Assembly: GCF_001194135.2 (NCBI RefSeq)
Contig: NC_068981.1
Span: 71,159,774 to 71,198,777 of the forward strand
Source: Octopus bimaculoides
Taxonomy: Eukaryota
Reading direction: 5' to 3'
DNA length: 39,004 bases
In this document: positions 21,477 through 34,634 of the stretch, piece by piece
Layout: each line of letters starts with the position of its first letter
How positions within the stretch are numbered: the stretch's first letter is position 1
Position numbers and translations under genes: made by a program
The notes under the pieces: generated by a model
Told to the model about the DNA's origin: nothing
The model's database searches: none
The model's input: the letters and a program-made list of their open reading frames with translations, nothing else

Positions 21477-22337
21477 GGAAATTCGAACCCAGATCCCCAG
21501 ATTTTTAAAAGTGATCAAACATTACCATGGGCTATAAATAGTTTTGTGTTGAGTGAAATTGATCTAGTCCAGCCAATCAAAAGTATTTTAGAATATTACG
21601 AACAAGTATTTTTGAGAAAAATAAATGCTTTTGCCTTCTTAAAGGCGAATAACTCATCAAGAATCGAGATTAATTATTTTCCATTGAACGATGGGGCTGA
21701 AAATGAAGGAAAGATGATGATGGTGGTGATGAGGAGGAATAAGTAGTAGTAGAAAAAGGAGAAAAGCAATAGCAAGTATTGTAGAGATGAAGGTATATGA
21801 AATATAAAGTCTAAAGGTAGTGTAATAATTAAAATCAAAGAAAATCTATTGGGAAAAATATTCATATGTATGTGCATTTGTGTGTATTATGCTTTGTGTA
21901 GGTGATGTTCAGAAATTTTGTAAGAAGTACTTCTCAAGATGTCTGCATTCTCTGATTTCATGTTTAAACAGATCAAATTAGTCCGTTAAGTACAGACACT
22001 TGTAGCGCATTTGTAGAAAGTTAATCACGCACCACCTCCAATGAACTAGATAAATACAATCACAGACTGAGTAATATGCTTCAAACATGCTTCTCTCTTC
22101 TTTATAACCCTTTCCTCCATTTTCACCATTCCGCTTTACTCCTCTGTTTTCATAGCCCAACTAACCACTGTTAATAAATTCCTTCTATTGTCCTTGTGAC
22201 GTATCCATCTCTCTTAAGTCTACAAATAATGTTTACATTTTATCTATATTCAGTCTCTCACTGTTTTCAAGTATTACCCTATTAACATTTGAAAGTTTCA
22301 AGAGTAAATAGTATATTTATACGTATACATGTATCTG

Positions 22338-23015
22338 TACGAGATCTGATCAATAAGTACTCGGACTGCTGCCGCAGTAACGAATCTAAAGTGCGCAGGG
22401 TAAAGTCGCTTGGTAAAAATTGACCTTAAACTCTGCTGTGCGCACAAAGTTTTAACGTTCTAGCTCACTTTCGCTGTTTACAGCAGTGCTTGGAAGGAAC
22501 GTGTGTAACGTGTGGTCGTTGCATTGACCATGACAGAGAAAGTTTTCATGACGATACCTGCTCAGGGGACAACGCAAAGTTGCAGAAAGTGTATGGAAAG
22601 GAGTGCATAATCCGCGTTTGGGTATAAGACGCGTGTCTGCCAAGTTTGTTCCAAAACTGCTTTCAGCAGACCATGAAGGCACTCGAGTTTCAACTGCACA
22701 AGATCTCCTTGACTGTGTCGAGAACGGTGACAATTTTTTGAAAACTTTACGGAAGTCTCTGAGCAGATGTCGGCAAGCTTTTAGCAAAATTTGATCCAGA
22801 TTCTCTGCTCAAATTTCTGTGTCATGGCTAATGCGAAGATCACACGCTACTCTTTCCAAGCACTGCTGTAAACAGCGAAAGTGAGCTAAAACGTTAAAAC
22901 TTAGTGCGCATACACGGCAGAGTTTAAGATCAATCTGTGCCAAACAGCTTTACTCTCTGTGCATTATTTTCATTACTATAGCAGCAGTCCGGATACTTAT
23001 TGATCAGACCACCTA
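22338..23015 (+). mobile_element. Internally deleted mariner element with long (~170 bp) TIRs and TA TSDs
   Basis: TA-CGAGATCTGATCAATAAGT at the left end and ACTTATTGATCAGACCACC-TA at the right. Arms 22340-22510 and ~22850-23013 are inverted. The interior encodes LGIRRVSAKFVPKLLSADH..STAQDLLDCVE, the mariner WVP-linker region. Confidence 0.9.
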
Positions 23016-24461
23016 TGTGTTCTTTAATATTATTTACTAAGTGTGACACAATATATTAACTTAAATGTGTTTTCGGAGTGTACGTACGCATACATGTATC
23101 TTTAATGTGTGTGATTGCAAACAGCTCGGACACTGTGTCCAGCTCAATGTTTTGTCATCAGATTACTCAACACAAGTTATATCGAATTTTGCGGCTGTTG
23201 AAAGATAGTTTTATCAACTAGTATGGACTACAAAACGCTTATTTTTCGCCCAAATATTTACTCATGAAGGCAAATAATCTCTATGAGTTCATCGACATCG
23301 TGACACCTATTCGACAGAAGCAAATAAGACGGATGTGAGTTTCTATGCTTGATTTATTGGTAGGTCTGTTGATTTATTGAACCAGTGTTGGAGCATCGAA
23401 TATTTACGTATCTTTCATCAGACATTTACTAGTCGTGGCAAGTGAACCATAATAGTATTCCCTCGGAATAGGAACGAAACACCTTTTGCGGTTACGTCTG
23501 CATTGTAAAAATCATCTCTTAAATGTACTAAAGTTACCTACGAACTTTTAAGAAGCTTTATTTTCATTTAATTAATAACATATCGATTATAGATGGAATA
23601 AATGTTTGTGTGTGTAATGTGTGGGGAGGGGAATAGATTTGAAGTTCCCCTATGCATCATATTGGTGTGTTAATATTATAAGATAAAGTATTTAGTGCGC
23701 TAACAACTATGCAGAGGATTTTACAAGTGTAGATTTTCTTATTATACGTAGTTGCTACCAAACTAGGCTGTAATATAAAGACGGATGATTGAAGACATGG
23801 AAGTGAACTACACAATCAATATACCAAACACTAACTTTTTTCTATTCCTTTTTTTTTTTTCCTTCTACTAATTTTCGTATATCTGCTTATCGACCCTGAC
23901 AAGATTAAGGACTAATTCTAGATTGACATGAATCGATACCAAAGTTTTCAACTACTGGAGCAATCCTCAATCAGTAAATATAATGTGGTGATTTCGTATC
24001 GACATTCTCTTTCTATTCTTGGAGACAATGCTTTTCTTTTCAGACATATTTTTAAAAATAATTGTACATCAAGATTCTTCAGATTCCCAATGTAGCGTAT
24101 CCCCATCACATCAATTATAGTTTAGAAATACTCGAACGTTCTATTTATTCTACTTTATACACAAAAGATTAGCTATTTTGGTCAAATACATGTATATGTT
24201 GTTAATTCCATATTTTTTATAGATTTTATAGTTTCTGTTAATTCATACGTAGATAAATGTTACTCGTAAGAAATGATAATCTTTGCCACTTATGTTTTTA
24301 AAGTGATTTCTTTTATCTAAAGAATGTTCACTCGGTTAATTGACATGAAATTGTTTACCAGCACATTCCAGCCTCTAGTCGCAGACGTGATCTCTCCCCG
24401 CCTCTATTTCCCTGTCTCTCTTTTTTCCTTCTTACTCTCTCTCTCTCTCTCTCTTGATATA

Positions 24462-24500
<39 letters not shown>

Positions 24501-26188
24501 NNNNNNNNNNNNNNNNNNNNNNNNNNNNNNNNNNNNNNNNNNNNNNNNNNNNNNNNNNNNNNNNNNNNNNNNNNNNNNNNNNNNNNNNNNNNNNNNNNNN
24601 NNNNNNNNNNNNNNNNNNNNNNNNNNNNNNNNNNNNNNNNNNNNNNNNNNNNNNNNNNNNNNNNNNNNNNNNNNNNNNNNNNNNNNNNNNNNNNNNNNNN
24701 NNNNNNNNNNNNNNNNNNNNNNNNNNNNNNNNNNNNNNNNNNNNNNNNNNNNNNNNNNNNNNNNNNNNNNNNNNCTCTCTCTGCACATGATTTTTTACCT
24801 GTTGTTGTCGAATGGAAACATTTTAGATATAACATTAACAACTTTAATCTGCTGGTGTAGAGAAAAATTTCTTTAAGCAATTGTTTCTTTGAGCCGTTTT
24901 TCTTTTTCTTTTAGTTTTTTTTTTGTTTGAGATTTCTTTAAAAATTAGAGCAAATTCTAAAAAAATGGTTCCCCCTTTTCTTGTCTTGTTCTTAATTGCT
25001 TTTAACAGCTTTTAACTCCTCTTAACTCCTCTTAATTTATTCAGTTACAGTATTTCATTCTCCTACTTTTACCTTCCTAAACTCTCCTACTAACAGCATT
25101 ACTCTGTTATCGTTTATACAACACCATTAAACACTTTACTCTCACCGCTCTTCGAGGGATTGTGGAAGCTATGAGTACACCTTTTTCCAAATCAAATTAA
25201 TGAAAAAATAATGGTCAACTGTTACAATTAGTGCCTACCCTCGTTAGAAAAGAAGCATTCTTAGCTGTTGCTATTTTATTCTCATCAACCATAATAATGT
25301 GCATTATGACGAAGTAGAATATAAGAATGATGTTAGCAGCATCATTATAGTTATTTACGTGTGAGCTACAGCTTGCTTGCTGAAAAATAATGCAAAATTC
25401 ATAAGATTTATAGGTGATTTTTTCAAATATCCAACAAGTTCCTCGATCTAATTCAGTTATGCTTTAATGTCATTATTTATTGCTTTTAGCTGCTCGTCAG
25501 ACATTTGGAATCTGTATACATAAATACCATCATTTTAAAAATAAATAACATAACAAATAGAAAAATATCTAGTATCACTTACTGAATAAGACATAATCAG
25601 TGAAATATTGTCCTATTAAAAAGACAGCTAGATTAAAAACAATTGTAATTCAGATAAACCAGTCATATCAATGTAGATTTAAATAGTTTCAATGTAGAAA
25701 TGTTCTTAAATTTCTAAACAATCTACATCATAATATTTTTAAAACTTGTAATTCAGTCAGTTACTTATAGTTACAATTGCACAATAAAAGAAAATCAATA
25801 GAAACTGAGTAAACTAGATATATTCTGTATCGGCAAGCATTAATGAAAATTGTTCAATACGTTCAATAAATTTTGTATCATCTGTACGTTTAGTCTATCA
25901 CTTGAAGCAAAACACTTCGTCAGAGAGTTGACTTCAGCAGTCTCTCGGGTTAAGGAGTCTACTGGAAAAGTTAGACTTCTCTTCCACACGACATAAGTAT
26001 TATTCAACTGTCGATTAGAATAAACATCAGTCATTTGGGGGTATATTTGGCAGTGTCAATGAATTTAATTGATATGATGTCGAGAAGATACATTGATAAT
26101 TCACTTAATTTGTACATCTCAGAATTATTAAGCACTCGTCGGTAAATAACGGGAGATTCAGACGTTGAATAAATTTCCAAGTGAATTA

Positions 26189-28115
26189 CACTGGTCAGCA
26201 AAAAATATTTTTGAAATGGTGTTGAGACACCAAACGTCTTTTTCAGCTACTTTGAGGGCGCTAAATCTGAAAATGACCTTACTTTTTCTTGATTAGCTAC
26301 CGTTTTTACTGTCAGAAATGCCTCATTTTTGGAAAAAAACTTTTCAATTGTTTTCTGTATATTTGATATTGATCGATGGCAATATTTCTCAAAGTAAAAT
26401 CGTAGAAACTTCTCAATTTGTATTTAAATCAACAAATATTGGTCTGCTTATTGAGAAATACTACTTTTGCAATAACAATCAGACCCTAAATCTTTAAAAA
26501 TAACACGATTGGATATATCAAGACCAACAAGTATCTTCATCAAATCATTGAATAAACTAAAAGCAGAAATAAAACCTTCGTGAACATAAGGACTATGGTA
26601 ACATTTTCTCTTTCTTGATTGTCTGTCATGTTCAATGTTATTTAAGTCCCTTTTGATACTCCAGCAGTAGTCAGCCATCATTCGTTTGTCCCACCGTCCC
26701 TGGTAGCGCTCTTCCATTGTTTTGACATCCTGATGAAATCGTTCTCCTTGCTCATCATTCACATCGCCACAATTATCGATAAATTTATTTAGATGGCTAT
26801 GTAAAATGAACCTTATGTCCTGTAGACATTTCAACAGCTTTTCTTGTAGTTTTCCGCCCGGCAATTGCCTAAGAAGTTTTTCAACACGTCAACAATATCT
26901 CAAGCGCGTAATTCCAAGTCATTCTTTGAATTAATAAATTCATCATCCTTAATGAGTTTCCTGATATCAGGACCATCAAACACTCTTGCTTTGAGTTTTT
27001 CGGTGCTAAGTCCTGGAAACGATTTACATATATACTCAAAACATTTAATTTCTTTGTCGAGTGATTTTACATACTGTTTCATTAATCCCAATTTGATATG
27101 CAAGGGAGGGAAGATGATTTTTTTCTTTCGGAACTAGCACTGCACTAATAATGGTATTTTCACTGACCTTCAACTCTCGGAGTGGCCAATCTTTCTTTTT
27201 CCAGTGCTCCTCTCTTGCTCTTCTGTCCCACATACACAAAAAAACATGGGAATTTCGTGAAGCCACTTTGTTGACCAAACAGGAAATTTAACATTTTCAA
27301 ATCGACACATAACACCCATTTATGTTTGGTGTAGTCAATCTGTTCCATAACCTGTTTGATGGCATCATGTTTTTCTTACAGTGTTGTTGAATGACCTATA
27401 GGTATTGGCGCATACATGTTGGTATTATGGAGCAAAACACATTTCAAACTACGTTTTGAACTATCAATGAACAATTTCTATACATCAGGATCGTATGTGT
27501 GGACGTCTAGTCGAAGAACGCTCTCAACGTCATTGCAATGAACAAAATCCGTGTTCACATTAAAGAATGGTACGAATTCGGCATCCCTATTTCGATAGAC
27601 TATTACCTTTGTGCCTTTTCCTAACAGGTGCTTTTCGTTGAGCCTAGAGGCCAAAAGTTCTGCTGATCCTTTACTTAGGTTTAAGTCTCGAACCAAATCA
27701 TTCAGCTCATTTTGGTTAAACGGTTCTGGCACGGTTTTGGGAACATAGTCAAGATTGTTTTCGCTTTGTCTCTCATTTACATCAGTATCAGACTCATCAC
27801 TTACAAAAAGTTTCAACAAATTTTCGTGAAAAACTAGGAATGGCAAATCACCTGAATGCGGCACTGGTCGAATAGCGGAATGAAAACTGGGATAGTAGAT
27901 GGATCTGCGTTTCACTTGGCTCAAATATTCGTCAGAGTGGTTCTTTGGCCCACGCCAGATCATAGGAATAGCGAATCTGAATAATTTTCGGGTACCTGAA
28001 GTCCACTGTTTCGTCTGTTCCAAACATGTCTTGCAAACAATGTGAAGGACCCATGATTTGTCCTGATCACCAAGCTCGACGTGAAAGTAAGCACGATAGG
28101 CTTTCTCATGAAGGA
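26189..28115 (-). mobile_element. Chapaev3-type (CMC superfamily) DNA transposon, 5'-truncated, transposase pseudogene
   Basis: Terminus TTA|CACTGGTCAGCAAAAAAT at 26186-26206. Minus-strand fragments KAYRAYFHVELGDQDKSWVLHIVCKTC..FAIPMIWRGPKNH, WVLCVDLKML..QQSGFTKFPCF, LHIKLGLMKQYVK..FDGPDIRKL and FILHSHL..DEQGERFHQDVKTMEERYQGRW..MMADYCWS are typical of this family. No opposite TIR was found. Confidence 0.8.
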
Positions 28116-29033
28116 TAATGTGGTCCTAATGATAGTAGATGTTACGTAGCAATAAGAAACGAATCAAACAAAATACATTTTGAATTTATTGGTGTATTAA
28201 TTTGTATAATATTTCTTTGGTATATCATAACCGGATTCCAAAACCTATTCAAATTTCAAAGGATCCATTTGTAGTTACAGTTGCACAATAAAACGAATGT
28301 CAATTGGATCCTAATATTTGCATGAATGTACAGAGGTAGCAAACAGTTTCTGTATTTCTTCTTTAAGGAAATCAACTTATAATTTAATCTAGAATAAAAT
28401 GTACCATTGTGTAAATTTAACATATCATAAACAAGTAATGTGTATTAATTTTATTACAGTTTATGAAAGAACTTCATTATATAGTTATAAAATTGAATAT
28501 TTGCATGTAAGATATGCGTTCAGAAACCGAACGTTGCGAAGAAATATGCACAGTAAATGTAGTGGGTTATTAATAATGTTGTCATTCGATAATACCAATT
28601 TGAAAGGAATCGCACTATGCCTTTTTCGAAATGATTTTAATCTTGCTGAATGCAGTTAGTGGCATATTTACATATGGTTACTAAGCAGATGTCTGCTCGA
28701 ATGTTTGTAATCGATCATGCGTCGACAGTCACTGAATGCTAATGCGTATATCCTCCATAATGGAAACAGCAACACTGGGATTGTTAGGAATATCTGATAA
28801 GTACGTACAAGTAGTTCGGAGTTGTTGCATGTACTGCTGATAACTTCGTGATCTGCATGTTTAGCTTAAGAAAATTATACACGAATAGCTGTTTTGGTGA
28901 ATCTTATTGTTTACCTGACATGAGAACGTTTTTTAACCACTACCTACAATGTTTAAATTCATGTTTAGTAGAAGTTTAAGTCTAGCACATCTGATTCGGC
29001 TCCCACACCATATTGCATAAAAATAATATGAAC

Positions 29034-29425
29034 AGGCGCAGGAGTGGTTGTGTAGCAAGAAGCTTGCTTCCCAACCACTTGGTTCCGGGTTCAGTCCCAA
29101 CGCGTTGCATCTTCGGCAAGTGTCTTCTACTATAGCCTCGGGTCGATCTAAGCCTTGTGAGTGGATTTGGCTGACGGAAACTGAAAGAAGCTCGTCGTTT
29201 ATGTGTGTGTGTGTGTGTATTTGTGTGTCGATGTTTGTTCCCCTCACACCATCGCTTGATAACCAATCTTGATGTGTTTATTTCCCTGTAACTTAGCGAT
29301 TCGGCAAAAGAGACCGATAGAATAAGTACTAGGCTTACAAAGAATAATCCCTGGGGTCAAATTGATCGACTAAAGGCGGTGCTCCAGCATGGCCGCAGTC
29401 ATATGACTGAAACAAGTAAAATAAA
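29034..29425 (+). mobile_element. Full-length octopus tRNA-derived SINE
   Basis: Colinear with the 1524 copy and continues to the 3' tail GGCGGTGCTCCAGCATGGCCGCAGTC..TGACTGAAACAAGTAAAA. Confidence 0.9.
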
Positions 29426-32400
29426 ATCTTTCTCGCATTTGGCTGGAGAAAACCCCGCCTCAGTTTCCAGTTACATTTTATGCGTTCCCTATTCGACGTA
29501 GATGAAATAAATTTATGAATTATTGCTTTTCTCAAAATTTCCAGAAAAGACAGTAATCAAATTTACATAGCATGTAAATTTTAAAAGATGCATTATAATT
29601 TGTAGAAACACTGTTTTGCTGACAGAATATTTGCATTAAAGAATATTCATAATGCGATAGAGCTTGTAGGAAGAAAAATTGCAATTTTGGGAAAGGAAAA
29701 TGGAAATGCTGAAATTTGTTGTGGTTTATTAGTATAATTCTGCTTTGTCATAGCTAAGACTGTTGCACTAAGATAAAATAGATTGGAAGAGCTCTTGGCT
29801 AGAAAATCCAAGGTATAGTGCGTTGAGAAAGCCACGATAGCATGGTATATCAAATCCTCACGCTATAAATACAAAGCCTTGGAGCCTGCGATGATTTATT
29901 ATGACAAATACACATCTGTAACATTGTCGTATCCGTATCTCAAATTACTGGCTGTTTCTTCATGACCAGAAAATATTTCATCATAACTGTCGTTGTATGG
30001 ATGTGCGAGTTCTTTCACCCTTCTTCTAAGGACTGTTTGTGGTGGAAGAAGTAGGTTAAACATAGAATATTTTAAAGATTAATTTGATGTTATTCCACGA
30101 CCCACAATAACAGAGAGAGCAAATTAATAAGTTTTCCATCATAAAATCATAGATAAATCAGTTTCTGGACAGTTATTTATTGGGCTAACCGGCTCCTGAT
30201 TTTATATATTCTTTTACTCTATATCAGGATGGATATGTCAATGTAATAAGAAACTGATTAAGCCTCTTTCAAGCCCTATGAATTGAGGGGTGTTTACATT
30301 ATTAGAGAAATGCAATATTATTTGGGTGATGAATCAAATATGCTACCCCTAAACCCTGCTAAACACGGAGTTAAAATGCAGACTTTTAGACAATACTAAA
30401 TAACACAAATTAACTCTCGAAACTTTTCTACTTCATATTTGTATAAAAATTAATAGAAAGTAGTTGTTAAATCTTTAACTAAAATTCCCTATAATATACG
30501 TACCAAATTTACATACTAAAGAACACTGATTTAATTTTAGAACTAAATGGGATTCTGTATAAATAAAACGTTATTCATTGAATTAGTTTTATATATAAAC
30601 ACTTACAGACGGCAACACCAGTTTTTATGATGATATATAGACAAACGATTGGTCCCAAGGATCAAGAAGCAGAAAATTTATCCTGACTTCCTTCGTAGTC
30701 GAAATACATATTTTGTTCTCTAGCCGGAGATTAGTCTTCAACTTCTGTATGCAAATGTACAGAAGCTGCAGGACTGAAATATATGAAATATATGCTGTGT
30801 TTTGTGCTGTGTAACAGAATAGAATTAGAGAATAAACGGTAGGTACATTAAGTGGGGTTAGATGTAAATGGTAAACTGTTTACATGCTCCTAAACAACAA
30901 AAGCAGAAACAGGAAATCGCATCTGTGAGACAGTAGTTGTAGCGTTTTTTTTAGGGGGTTTTTTTTTTCTAAATGAATCGACCCGATGACCTTTGGTGGA
31001 TGCAATCTAAAATTTCTTAATGTGTGTGTTTTCCAGCTATCTGAGTAATATTTTGTTGTGGAAAACATTATTGTGAGTAGCACTGACGTGGTTTAGCAAC
31101 TGCTTTGTTGTGTATGTGAACCTGCCATGAGAGATAATCAGAGATCATTAGAGCCGTGCAGCTTGTGTGTGTGTGTGGTCCACACGTGGGAAGATGTAGA
31201 GAGAGGCTACTTCCTTGATATGTGTAGTAATTGAGTCTTGCTGCTTTTGAAAGGAAATCGATTGTCATATCTCTATTGAGATTTCTACATTAAAACTAAT
31301 AATAGTTAGTTGTATTTATGAAAAATATAAATCCAAGAAAATAAACTGACAGGACGCTATTGTAATAGCATTAAATTATTTTTTTTAAATGCACAAACAA
31401 AGATTGTTGTTATTGAACATTTTGCTTAAGTATTCAATATTTCTTGAATATCTTAGAAAATACTAACTGTAACCTAGGCTACGTACGGTAAATGTAAGAC
31501 AACATATCACTTATATTTGGGTTAAATCCATGCCGTACGTCTGCTGTTTACATGAGTTTAAAATGTAAAGAAAATATGAACTAAGTACACAAATATTGTC
31601 AATTCCCGACAGTTAGCTATTTTTCTCATTCTTATATTTAGTATGAAATTTCCTCAGATTGTTTTGAAATAAGTTGTTTGTAGTTTACGATTTAAGTTTG
31701 TAAGTTTTGTGTTGTTTTTTTTTTTCTTCCACAAAGCATCATATTTGACATGTCAAAGATTCATATAAGCCCTGTCGTTAAAAATCGATGCAAGTATTGA
31801 TTTTTATTGTTGATACTTGATGTTGTTATATTAGTTATTGCAGACGCTGTAACTAGTTTTATAAGATAGATATATAGATATATATCAATTACTGAGGCAC
31901 TTGCAACTGGAGACATAACACCAATTTGGGGATATAGAAGCTTTTTTTATTTGTTAATTTTTTTAGCGTAAAACGTTGGTGTTTCAGATTGTTGAGTATG
32001 GTAGAATACTTTGCGTAATGATATATGGAATATAAGATCTCTCAAATATATTATAGGATATCCAAATGCAATGCAGTACTCTATAATGTATTTGAAGTAG
32101 TATGGTGCCTAGAGCTGCTCCAACAGTTTCATGATTCTAGTCAGATCAGCTTATGCATCTTTTTCCCTCCACCTTGTACCAATGAATGCAAACACAATGC
32201 TAGGTATTTTCTTCCAATCGTTCTTTTAAGATTTATCTCCTGATTTATATGCTTTTCGGTTATTTTAAGGTTCAGCAGAAATGGTAAAATGGTAAAATAG
32301 AGGAGGTCAAATAAGAACAAATTATATCCATTTTTGTCTCCTTACTACCAAAATTTAAGTCTTGAAATTGTAGGGCTATCTAATACATAACTTTCTTTCT

Positions 32401-33644
32401 CCTTCGTGTGGGTATAATTTATTTTGTTAACACTGAGAATCCTGCTGATGTTTCCTTTACTACTTGTGATATTGTCGTATGTTACTGTTGCTACTTTCTC
32501 TATTTTGTCAGATACAAAGCAAAGGTATAAAGAAAAAACAACGTATACCATTTTTGATTATTTATAGATCAATGAATAATAGCAATTATTAAACCACCAA
32601 GAATTTCATGTCAGAAAGTTTATAATCCATAATACATAGCAAGAAGCAGTCTACTTGAAAGTGCAGTTTTTAGAATGTCATTCTATGAGGAATCGTACTT
32701 CTTTATGAATGACAATAACTCATAATATTTCTGTAATAGCAATCATTAAATAAGATTGAATTGAAATTATCTATTTCATAATTACCAATTTGCTCTAAAT
32801 GTGGAGTATTTTTGGAAATATTAGTGAAATAGAGCCATCATATATATATATTTGTCTGTTAAGGACCATGTGAATAAGACGATTTGGGCCCCAAAATATT
32901 TTCATTAATTATAAAATGTCCCGCTGTTTGCTGCAATATGTCTTTGTGTAATCGTGATATCTATTTACTGAAGCGGTAAATTGTTTCATTCTTTGTCTCA
33001 AGTTAGCATTTTTAACGATCAGCCAGATGAGATTTCATATATATTTAGTAACCACAGAAAAGCAAAATATAAAATAATAGAATCAAATATCATAGTATAT
33101 CGGATAGTTACCAACGTGGATCACTGCTATATTCTTCGCATCCATGTATTTCTCTTCACTAAATACGTCCAGAATTTTAATGTAAAGATTTGAAGAAAGA
33201 GAAAAATACTGAGTGAAAGAAAGGAAGGAACAGGAATTAAAAACAGAAAGAAAAGAAACCATACAAAAATGGTTATTTCTATATGAAATAAGAAGTATAT
33301 GGCTTCACATAGCGATCTTCCTGAACATAAACGAAGAGAAAACATGAATTCCACTCAAATGAAATGCCAATATTTCTTTTAACCTACACTACAACGGGGA
33401 GAATGTCAACTCGTCAGTCAGGGTACTCTCTACGTTATAACAAGTGTCACTAAAACTTAAACTGCAATATATCTTTATTAAGTACATTCAAAACCTTAAT
33501 TTATATCCTATGAACACACTAACGTAACAATAATGATGATAATAGTTTTTCCTGTCATCGAATGGGTTACACTGGATTGTTGGTGTGGTATTTTGACATG
33601 CGAAAGAAGGATTGGGTTTGATGTTGGTTAATATGGTTTGCAAG

Positions 33645-34595
33645 TGAGCTTAATTTAATTCGTTCTTAGTCGAAAGACACTTGTTATGTCCTGTTAATTT
33701 ATATTTGTGTAACTTTCTCCGTTTTTTCTTTGTGCCGTGTTTTCTTTGTGTCGTCTATCTGGATGTTTTGTTGTCCCTTTCTTGTATCACCTAACTGTCT
33801 GGATGTTTTGCGTTCTTGTCCCATTTTGTATTTATATATAGCGGCGTACGTACACTTTTATCTCTAATATGTAAGTATATATTTATCTAGATCTTGTACG
33901 ACTCTTTCTTTTATTCTTTTATTATTTTATTCTTTCCTTCTTTCTATTAGCCCTTTCAAGCGTATTTCGTTCATTCCACTCTTCGTTCTTTCGTTCCCCA
34001 TCTCTCACATTTCATTGCCTTCTCTTCATGCTCACTTTCCCTCCTCTTTTCACTTCACTGTGTCCCTGTCATTTTTCTCGCCCTTCCTTATTTCTTCTGT
34101 CCCTCTGCCTATACCTCTCTCTCTTCTCTCCCCACGTGACCGCTGTTCGGCCAAGCCTGACCTTTCTTTCTTGGTTCAGCCGTTGTCCATGCAACATCTA
34201 TATTCTTCTCTGTGTGTGTGAAATCTTGTATCCCTGCCGTAAGGCTTTACTTCCACACACACCAGCTTAATTTAATTCGTCCTTAGTCGAAAGACACCTG
34301 TTGTTATGTCCTGTTATTTGTATTTGTGTAACTTTCTCCGTTTTTTTCCGTCCTTGTTTTCGTATACGTTCGCTGCTTTCTTCCAAGGAATCTAATGCCC
34401 TTAACTTAGTTTTTCCTTGAGGCTGGCCAGATTAGCGCAATCTCGAGTATAACCAGCCGAAATTGCAACGATAATTTGGTACTAGACTGAGGAAAGAAAA
34501 CTCCGAATGACCCGTCCTTGTTTTCTTTGCATCGTTTATCTGGATGTTTTGTTGTCCCTTTCTTGTATCACCTAACTGTCTCGATGTTTTGCGTT

Positions 34596-34598
<3 letters not shown>
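33645..34598 (+). repeat. Two related copies of an interspersed repeat (33645-33830 and ~34265-34598), possibly PLE-derived
   Basis: AGCTTAATTTAATTCGT.CTTAGTCGAAAGACAC...ATCTGGATGTTTTGTTGTCCCTTTCTTGTATCACCTAACTGTCT occurs twice. The first copy lacks about 160 bp present in the second. Confidence 0.6.

Positions 34599-34630
<32 letters not shown>

Positions 34631-34634
<4 letters not shown>

Noticed and set aside
34415-34470. Hammerhead-like layout (GA-GGCTGG..CCAGCC-GAAA-TTGCAA)
   Set aside because: The upstream core reads CCUUGA rather than CUGANGA, and there is no U16.1/NUH site.
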